A DNA stretch of 64,000 nucleotides from Celeribacter sp. (lineage in GTDB: Bacteria > Pseudomonadota > Alphaproteobacteria > Rhodobacterales > Rhodobacteraceae): positions 23,347 through 87,346 of the forward strand of contig NZ_JBLXFZ010000002.1 in NCBI RefSeq assembly GCF_048261515.1. The letters are read 5' to 3'. A program made the position numbers and the translations under genes. Within the stretch, counting starts at the first letter, position 1, and each line of letters begins with the position of its first letter. Positions 57,583 to 64,000 of this stretch are shown piece by piece. Under the pieces are notes generated by a model. It was not told the DNA's origin. It saw only the letters and a program-made list of their open reading frames with translations, and ran no database searches.

Positions 57583-58266
57583 TCAGTAATTTGCAGGCCT
57601 CAACTCGGCAAAGGTTGCAAGATAATGTCGCTCCAAAAGTTGGCAAGCCATTTTCTTGTCCCTTGCAAGTACACTCTCCAGAATGGCTCTATGCTCTTCT
57701 GCAGCCCCCTCGCGGCGGGCATTGCTGGAATTTATGTTCATAGAAATGTTCCGATAACGCACAGCTTGGTCCATCATCAATGCACAAAAATCTTTCAGCC
57801 ATGTTGATCGGCATGGATCGAGCATTCGCACGTGGAATTCCTTGTGCCGGACATCCCATGCCTCCGAGATTTCCCGCTCTGATCCAGGTTTCAATTTGCG
57901 TGCCTCGCGCACAAGGGCTTGATACGAGAGGATTAACGCATCCTCCCATTCGTCATCCCCCAGCGTGATTGCCTCTGATAATGCCTTCTTTTCTGCCCAA
58001 ATCCGGGTTTTGACAAGCTCTTCAAGATCATCCAGTTCTAGCGGCGCAACAAAGAAGCCGCGTTGTTTCTTGCGCTGGACCAACGCTTCGGCGGAAAGGC
58101 GGTTCAAAGCCTCTCGAACGGGTACAGAGCCAATCTTGTAACGATCCGAGACTGCCTCTATCCGGAGCTTTTCGTTGGGCAATAAAATCCCCTGAAGGAT
58201 ATCCCTTCGGATCAGATCATAAACTTGTTCTGAGAGATTTCGAGCGTCAGGCAATAATTTCTCCAT
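57583..58266 (-). CDS. GntR family regulator (FCD domain)
   Basis: wHTH GSVPVREALNRL; FCD motifs HKEFH and EEHRAI. Confidence 0.9.
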   Translation of the reverse strand: MEKLLPDARNLSEQVYDLIRRDILQGILLPNEKLRIEAVSDRYKIGSVPVREALNRLSAEALVQRKKQRGFFVAPLELDDLEELVKTRIWAEKKALSEAITLGDDEWEDALILSYQALVREARKLKPGSEREISEAWDVRHKEFHVRMLDPCRSTWLKDFCALMMDQAVRYRNISMNINSSNARREGAAEEHRAILESVLARDKKMACQLLERHYLATFAELRPANY

Positions 58267-58274
58267 AGTCCCAC

Positions 58275-59138
58275 TTAGCCAATTGGCCCTGATTGTTCTT
58301 CTTTCTGCCAGAAGACAATTTTCCGCTGTGCAAACAGAACTGTAAAGTACAGGAGTAGGCCAAGAAGACTCAAGTAAAGGATTAGTGCGAACACGCGTGG
58401 TGTATTCATCTGGCTAGCTGATTGCCGGATCAACGCGCCAAAGCCCTCTCCACCTCCTAGAAACTCGCCAGTAATTGCACCTGCCATAACTCCCACAGCG
58501 GCAATTTTCAGACCTGTGAAAAAATATGGAAGGCCAGTAGGAAGTTTCAAGCGAAGTAGGGTTTGCATACGCGTTGCACCCATTGCCTTAAATAGCATTC
58601 GTTCATCCTCGCTTGCGGCATAAAGACCTGCGGCTGTGGACACTACGATTGGAAATGTTGCGATAAATGCCGCAAGTGCAACCTTGGATGAAATGCCGAA
58701 GCCAAGCCATGCGATAAACAACGGCGCAAATGCGATTTTTGGCATTGTATCAATCGCCACGAGGTACGGAAGCAATGCACGCTCGCCAAAACGGGTCTCG
58801 CCGACGATAACACCTAGAGTGAACCCGATAGAAATAGCGATGGCAAAACCCCAGAATACTGTTTTGGTCGTGGTCCAGAATGCTGTCAGCATATAGCCGC
58901 CAGAGAACAAATTTTTGCCGACGAAAATCAAATCCGTTAAAGTCTCAGCTGGGCTTGGAAGTATAATTGGAGACACCCATCCCATTCGAGTAACCAGTTC
59001 CCACGTTCCGACAAAAGCAATAAACAGCAAAGTCATCGCAAGCCAACGTGGAATGGAGTCGATGATGCTTATATTCTCTGTCCAGACAGTATCAGGCAGT
59101 TCGGCATTTATTTGATTCGCCGTATTTTGATCGGTCAT
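58275..59138 (-). CDS. ABC transporter permease (NitT/TauT family)
   Basis: ILPSP, PKIAFAPLFIAWLGFG, LPTGLPYFFTGLK. Confidence 0.92.
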   Translation of the reverse strand: MTDQNTANQINAELPDTVWTENISIIDSIPRWLAMTLLFIAFVGTWELVTRMGWVSPIILPSPAETLTDLIFVGKNLFSGGYMLTAFWTTTKTVFWGFAIAISIGFTLGVIVGETRFGERALLPYLVAIDTMPKIAFAPLFIAWLGFGISSKVALAAFIATFPIVVSTAAGLYAASEDERMLFKAMGATRMQTLLRLKLPTGLPYFFTGLKIAAVGVMAGAITGEFLGGGEGFGALIRQSASQMNTPRVFALILYLSLLGLLLYFTVLFAQRKIVFWQKEEQSGPIG

Positions 59139-59947
59139 ACCGTCGCCTCCTTATCTAACAATGCGCGCATATGAGCGACGATCTTTCCAAACTTCTCAGT
59201 GTTGACCATCTCAAGCGTTCTGGGGCGCGGCAGATCAATAATGACTTCTTCGACAACCCGCCCAGGGCGCGGCCGCATTACCAATACACGGTCCGACATA
59301 ATTACGGCCTCCGCGAGTGAATGGGTGACTAGAAATGCAGTTGCGTTTGTTTCACTGCAAATGCGCTGGAGCTCCATATTCATGAAGTCCCTGATCAACT
59401 CGTCCAATGCGGAGAACGGTTCGTCCAAAAGTAGGACTGCGGGTTCGGAAATTAGCATTCGACAAATCGAAGCGCGTTGGGCCATACCGCCTGACAACTC
59501 GCCAGGGTAGACATCGGCAAAATCCCCAAGGCCGACAAGGGACAAAAGCTCTTGTGCTTTTGAGTGAGCAGCGCGCGCTGCGGCCTTGCCTTCACGGATA
59601 TCGATGGGCTGAACGATGTTCTCCAGAACTGTCTTCCACGGCAAAAGCGTTGCATGTTGAAACATCATGCCAATGTCGGCACGCGGCCCAACGACAGGTT
59701 TACCTTCCAGAATGACCCGCCCTTGGGTTGGAGGCATGAGCCCCGACATGATCTTCAGCAATGTCGACTTCCCACAACCAGACGATCCCACGACCGAGAC
59801 AAATTCACCCTTGTGTAGGGTTACGTTCACATCGGACAATGCAACCAGCCGGTTCTTGGCATATGTTTTTGACAAGCGGGAGATTTCATAGACTGGCCGT
59901 CCGTGAGGAGAGGCAGCCGATGAGTTTCGGGGCTCAGCCAGAGTCAT
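59135..59947 (-). CDS. ABC transporter ATP-binding subunit (NitT/TauT family)
   Basis: GSSGCGKS, LSGGMAQR, LLDEPF. Confidence 0.94.
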   Translation of the reverse strand: MTLAEPRNSSAASPHGRPVYEISRLSKTYAKNRLVALSDVNVTLHKGEFVSVVGSSGCGKSTLLKIMSGLMPPTQGRVILEGKPVVGPRADIGMMFQHATLLPWKTVLENIVQPIDIREGKAAARAAHSKAQELLSLVGLGDFADVYPGELSGGMAQRASICRMLISEPAVLLLDEPFSALDELIRDFMNMELQRICSETNATAFLVTHSLAEAVIMSDRVLVMRPRPGRVVEEVIIDLPRPRTLEMVNTEKFGKIVAHMRALLDKEATV

Positions 59948-60981
59948 TAGGCGTTCCAATCTGCAACAAATTCGTTCGTATAGACGGATGACAGGTCGTC
60001 GAGTGGTCCTTCTAGCGCGCCAGAGGATACCGCTGAGTCGTGAATCAGTTTCCAGTGCTCAGGGGGCTGATATCCAAAGCCGTGTTCAATGAACGCATCG
60101 GTTGGCGTCATTCGGTCGATTGCCAGCGACAAGAGCGCAGTCGCGACTTCAGTATCTTCACCTTCCTGCGGATTTCCTGCCGCACAGTGAGCCAGCGCAG
60201 CTTCTTTGTTGGCAGGATCGGATGCAAAACGCATTCCTTTTACCAAAGCGCGACCGAATTTTGGCGCAAGATCAGGGTTTGCGGCCATCGTGCTTTCTAG
60301 CATGGCGATACCGTTCCCGAAGAAAGCGAAGTATTTTTCAGGAGTGATTTCACGCAGGTCAATTCCGCGCGCGCTAAGAATGGCTGCATCGGAGATCGCG
60401 CCAGCATAGGACCCAACTTCGTCGCGCAAGAACGCAACCGCAGCCGTGCCACCATCACCCACCGGAAGGAACGTGTAGTCCGTACCTTCCGCCATGCCCA
60501 AATCGCTTAGGATCGCTTGAGTAAACGACATTTCTGCCCCGTCAGCTGTGCCGATCCCTACAACTGTCCCGCGTAGATCCTCGGGAGTTTGCACTGGACT
60601 GTCGTCTTTTACGAGAAGGCCGAATACCGATTTCGCAAATAGGTTGTAGATGAACTTTACATCGAGCCCACGTGCTCGAGCGCCTAGTACAGGGCCAGGG
60701 CCAGGTGCGCCGATTTCTGCCTGACCGGCGGCCATTGCCTGTAGGACAGAAGATGATCCATCAACCGCTTGCAGTGTCGGACTTAAACCCTCTTCGTCGA
60801 AATAGCCTTCGCCGAGGGCAACCCAATAGGGCATCCAGGTGATCGCCGATGGGTTCGGTACCGCGAATGTAATTGGCGTTTGTGCCCGCAGCAAGCTGGG
60901 GGTGCCTAGCGCGAACGAGGCAGTTGCGGCGGCGGTAAGCCCACCAAATGTGCGACGTGAAATTTTCCTGTTGGTCGTCAT
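59947..60981 (-). CDS. ABC substrate-binding protein (NMT1/THI5-like) with Tat signal
   Basis: SRRTFGGL twin-arginine signal; GYFDEEGL. Confidence 0.85.
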   Translation of the reverse strand: MTTNRKISRRTFGGLTAAATASFALGTPSLLRAQTPITFAVPNPSAITWMPYWVALGEGYFDEEGLSPTLQAVDGSSSVLQAMAAGQAEIGAPGPGPVLGARARGLDVKFIYNLFAKSVFGLLVKDDSPVQTPEDLRGTVVGIGTADGAEMSFTQAILSDLGMAEGTDYTFLPVGDGGTAAVAFLRDEVGSYAGAISDAAILSARGIDLREITPEKYFAFFGNGIAMLESTMAANPDLAPKFGRALVKGMRFASDPANKEAALAHCAAGNPQEGEDTEVATALLSLAIDRMTPTDAFIEHGFGYQPPEHWKLIHDSAVSSGALEGPLDDLSSVYTNEFVADWNA

Positions 60982-61187
60982 GGTGATTTCCTCCCTATAT
61001 GGTTAGCGGCACAACGAAGAAAGCTTCCTCTGTGCGCTAGATCTCACGCTATATGATTCGGCGAGAAATGCAAAAAAATATATATTTTTTAAAATTTGGA
61101 CTTGGAATATCTCGCACTTGATGCAAGATCTCATGGGGAATGGCACCGTTCGGATTCCCCGCGCATTGCCAATTGGAGGAGAAAACC

Positions 61188-61886
61188 ATGAACTACGCTG
61201 TGTCCCCGCCACCCCAAGCCTACCTTGATATCACTGGCAGCGATGAGAAATTTCCTGTGCGCCGCATTTATTGTATCGGCAAGAATTACACGGCACACAT
61301 TATTGAGATGGGCGGAGATGTTGAGCGCGATCCCCCTGTCATTTTTCAAAAACCTGCTGATTCTGTGGTTCGAAATGGTGGGGATATTCACTATCCAGCT
61401 TATACGAAAAACTATCATTTCGAAGGCGAGATGGTGGTCGTGCTAAAATCTGGTGGTTACAACATAAAAACTGAAGACGCATCCAGCCATATTTTCGGCT
61501 ACGCGGCTGGCCTAGATATGACGCGCCGCGATCATCAGGCAGGTGCGCTAGAGAACGGTTTGCCATGGGAAATGGCTAAGTCCTTTGATCAATCGGCGCC
61601 GATTGGCCCTGTCACAAGAGTTGAAGAGACAGGTGTGATCACCGATGGGAACCTTAGCCTGACCGTGAATGGCGACGTGAAGCAGGACGTTGATATGTCG
61701 TTGATGATCTGGAAAACCGACGAAATTATCTCGAAGCTCTCCGAGCAATATGAACTGAAAGCTGGTGATGTTATCATGACTGGCACACCTGCGGGTGTTG
61801 GTGCGGTTGTTACAGGCGACATTATCAATGTCCACGTCGATGGCTTGCAGGACCTACGGGTTCGGATAACTGAACCTGCAGGATGA
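61188..61886 (+). CDS. Fumarylacetoacetate hydrolase family protein
   Basis: VRRIYCIGKNY, FQKP, HFEGEMVV, GDVIMTGTPAGVG; GGAGGAG RBS before ATG 61188. Confidence 0.92.
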   Translation: MNYAVSPPPQAYLDITGSDEKFPVRRIYCIGKNYTAHIIEMGGDVERDPPVIFQKPADSVVRNGGDIHYPAYTKNYHFEGEMVVVLKSGGYNIKTEDASSHIFGYAAGLDMTRRDHQAGALENGLPWEMAKSFDQSAPIGPVTRVEETGVITDGNLSLTVNGDVKQDVDMSLMIWKTDEIISKLSEQYELKAGDVIMTGTPAGVGAVVTGDIINVHVDGLQDLRVRITEPAG

Positions 61887-62500
61887 CGACTGCTTCGGAT
61901 CTTGCGGCTGCCGGCACGGCTACGCTTGGCGAGGCGTGGGAGGCCGCGAGAGTCATAGATAATCCCCCGCTGCCACTGACACCTGAAATGTCAGTGGCAG
62001 GTGTGGCGCTTACCGTCCAATGTAAGCCTGGCGACAATCTGGCGATACATAGAGCCATTGCCGCCGCGCCATGTGGTGGGGCGGTCCTCGTCGTTGATTA
62101 CGGAGGATGTGTTTCGTCCGGACCTTTCGGGGAGATCATGGCCGTGGCTTGCCAGATGCGAGGCATCGTCGGACTGATTATCGACGGGGCCGTCCGTGAC
62201 AGCGTTCAAATAGCGCAAATGGGCTTTCCGGTTTTTGCCCGTGGGAAAAACATTCGGGGTACGAAAAAGGATGATCATGGCGCACTTGATATACCGTTGG
62301 AAATGGGCGGCACAATAATTCAGCCTGGTGAAATGGTTGTCGCCGATGCCGACGGAATTGTCGTTTTTCCACAACACGAGGCCGATGATGCATTAACTGC
62401 AGCTCAAGTTCGTTTGAAAGGCGAGGACAGCGTAATGGCCCGTTTGAGGGCGGGTGAGACCACGATGCAGATTTTTCAGTTAGATAAGTCGGAGAGATGA
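61883..62500 (+). CDS. RraA/HMG-CHA aldolase family protein
   Basis: PGDNLAIH, FGEIMA, DGAVRD, ADADGIV. Confidence 0.9.
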   Translation: MTTASDLAAAGTATLGEAWEAARVIDNPPLPLTPEMSVAGVALTVQCKPGDNLAIHRAIAAAPCGGAVLVVDYGGCVSSGPFGEIMAVACQMRGIVGLIIDGAVRDSVQIAQMGFPVFARGKNIRGTKKDDHGALDIPLEMGGTIIQPGEMVVADADGIVVFPQHEADDALTAAQVRLKGEDSVMARLRAGETTMQIFQLDKSER

Positions 62501-63369
62501 TTATGCAAAATGAAATTGGGATCGCGGGTGCTGGTCGCATGGGAACTGCTCTCGCGAAGCGGCTCCTTGAATTGGGCCACTCGGTTACGATTTGGAACCG
62601 AACTGTAGCGGGGACGACTGCTGCGGTTGAGGCAGGGGCGACGGTCGCCGCTGATTTGGACGCTCTGGCGAGATGTGAGATCATTTTGATCTCGTTAACG
62701 GATGCCGATGCGGTGTCATCTGTGGTTGGAAAATTGGCCGCCTCGGGAATAGGAGGGCGGCTTGTCATTGACATGTCGACGCACTTACCCAGCGAAACAC
62801 AAGCTATTGCCGAAGTTATCACATCATCAGGGGGCGAATTTATTGAATGCCCAGTTGGAGGGACCGTCGGTCCTGCTTTGAAAGGCCAACTGCTTGGAAT
62901 GGCCGGAGGGACATCATCTGCATTTGCTCGGGCCCAACCGATATTGGAAAGGCTTTGCAAACGTGTTGAACACTTAGGGCCCGTGGGTAACGGTGCGCGC
63001 ATGAAGTTGGCTGTTAATCTGCCGCTCGCGATCTACTGGCAGACCTTAGGTGAAGCTTTGTCGCTTCTTGGTGACGCAGGCGTTTCACCAGAAACTGCAA
63101 TCAGCCTGATCGCAGACAGCTCCGCAGGCCCGACCGTTTTAAAGAACAGGGCGCAGGTGATAATAGACACATTGAATGGCACCGATCAGCCTGGCACTTT
63201 TGACATCGCGGGACTTAACAAAGATTTGCGCCTCGCTTTGACACTGGCGAAATCCGAGTCGCGGGAGCTACCATTGGCGCGGGCCGTTGAGCCCATTTAT
63301 AAAGACGTTCTGAATGCTGGATTGGGCGGCTTTGACGGTGCAAGTCTTACAAAGCGATCTTCAACTTGA
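62497..63369 (+). CDS. NAD(P)-dependent oxidoreductase (3-hydroxyisobutyrate/6PGD family)
   Basis: GAGRMG, WNRT, DMST, ECPVGG, MKLAVN. Confidence 0.9.
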   Translation: MIMQNEIGIAGAGRMGTALAKRLLELGHSVTIWNRTVAGTTAAVEAGATVAADLDALARCEIILISLTDADAVSSVVGKLAASGIGGRLVIDMSTHLPSETQAIAEVITSSGGEFIECPVGGTVGPALKGQLLGMAGGTSSAFARAQPILERLCKRVEHLGPVGNGARMKLAVNLPLAIYWQTLGEALSLLGDAGVSPETAISLIADSSAGPTVLKNRAQVIIDTLNGTDQPGTFDIAGLNKDLRLALTLAKSESRELPLARAVEPIYKDVLNAGLGGFDGASLTKRSST

Positions 63370-64000
63370 GCGTTTTAAATCCAGCCGAACTCGTATTGCT
63401 AATTTCCGCTCTTGCATTTTCCGGCGCAGTGATCGGTTTGCTCGCAGGACTCTTTGGAATTGGTGGTGGAGCAATTTCCGTTCCGGTTTTCTTCGAGTTT
63501 TTCCGCTTTTTTGATTATTCGTCGGACATTGCAATGCCCTTGGCTGTCGGAACGTCACTTGCGGTGATCATCCCGACTTCAATCAGTTCAGCGAGAGGGC
63601 ATTTTTTGCGCGGTTCGGTTGATATGAGCTTACTGCGAATTTGGGCGTTACCCGTGATGTTGGGGGTCCTTATTGGGGCGTTTATTGCTGGCTACGCAGC
63701 GCCATGGGTGTTCCAAATAGTTTTTGTCGTTGTCGCCAGTCTGAATGCAGCAAAATTGCTCTTGGGCGGAAAAGGTTGGAGGGTCTCAGATTCTCTTCCC
63801 AGAAAAAATATGTTACGGCTATACGGCGCGATGATCGGGGTGATGTCTGCACTGATGGGGGTTGGTGGCGGCGCAATTTCCAACCTCGTAATGACGCTTC
63901 ATAACGTCTCAATCCATAAGGCCGTATCTACGTCCGCTGGCGTTGGGGTGCTTATCGCAATACCTGGTACGATCGGATACATGGCGGCGGGTTGGGGAAC
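63366..64000 (+). CDS. TauE/SafE family membrane protein, 3' truncated by the window edge
   Basis: TTG start overlapping the upstream stop; open frame to the window end with GLLAGLFGIGGG, GTSLA and ALMGVGGG motifs; absent from the ORF track. Confidence 0.85.
   Translation, partial: MSVLNPAELVLLISALAFSGAVIGLLAGLFGIGGGAISVPVFFEFFRFFDYSSDIAMPLAVGTSLAVIIPTSISSARGHFLRGSVDMSLLRIWALPVMLGVLIGAFIAGYAAPWVFQIVFVVVASLNAAKLLLGGKGWRVSDSLPRKNMLRLYGAMIGVMSALMGVGGGAISNLVMTLHNVSIHKAVSTSAGVGVLIAIPGTIGYMAAGWG

Noticed and set aside
1-64000. tRNA, rRNA, retron or RT genes, integrase
   Set aside because: No recognisable signatures were found by eye; a tRNAscan/HMM run would be needed to exclude them fully

Overview
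This is a 64-kb, mostly GC-rich accessory region that looks alphaproteobacterial (Rhodobacteraceae-like, inferred from gene content and IS families). It is a mosaic of catabolic operons, decayed IS elements and one replicative or defence island. (1) 1-3.5 kb: tripartite tricarboxylate transporter, SDR, RraA-family aldolase and a dihydroxyacetophenone-dioxygenase-like cupin. (2) 4.3-15.2 kb: an AT-richer EPS cluster (Wzy-like, sulfotransferase, flippase, beta-propeller, GT2, WecB/TagA) between IS3 and IS256 relics. (3) 15.4-29.3 kb: an iteron plus DnaA-box origin-like region (second copy at 3.9-4.3 kb), a Toprim-DUF927-helicase gene, a type I-E CRISPR-Cas locus with intact Cas3/Cascade but an internally deleted cas1 and a 2-spacer array, and a Lon-like AAA ATPase behind a structured leader and a 44-aa peptide. 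The CRISPR block is bracketed by two related 14-19-14 bp palindromic sites. (4) 29.7-45.9 kb: a sugar or nucleoside catabolic super-operon. (5) 46-53.7 kb: a cassette bounded by ~249-bp direct repeats (DUF1611 and racemase, Cys-repeat protein, sul1-SulP-USP). (6) 54-57.5 kb: RsuA-like, MscS, rnk and nested IS3 relics. (7) 57.6-64 kb: GntR, ABC transporter, FAH, RraA, dehydrogenase and a partial TauE. All family assignments come from recognising motifs by eye; no database search was run.
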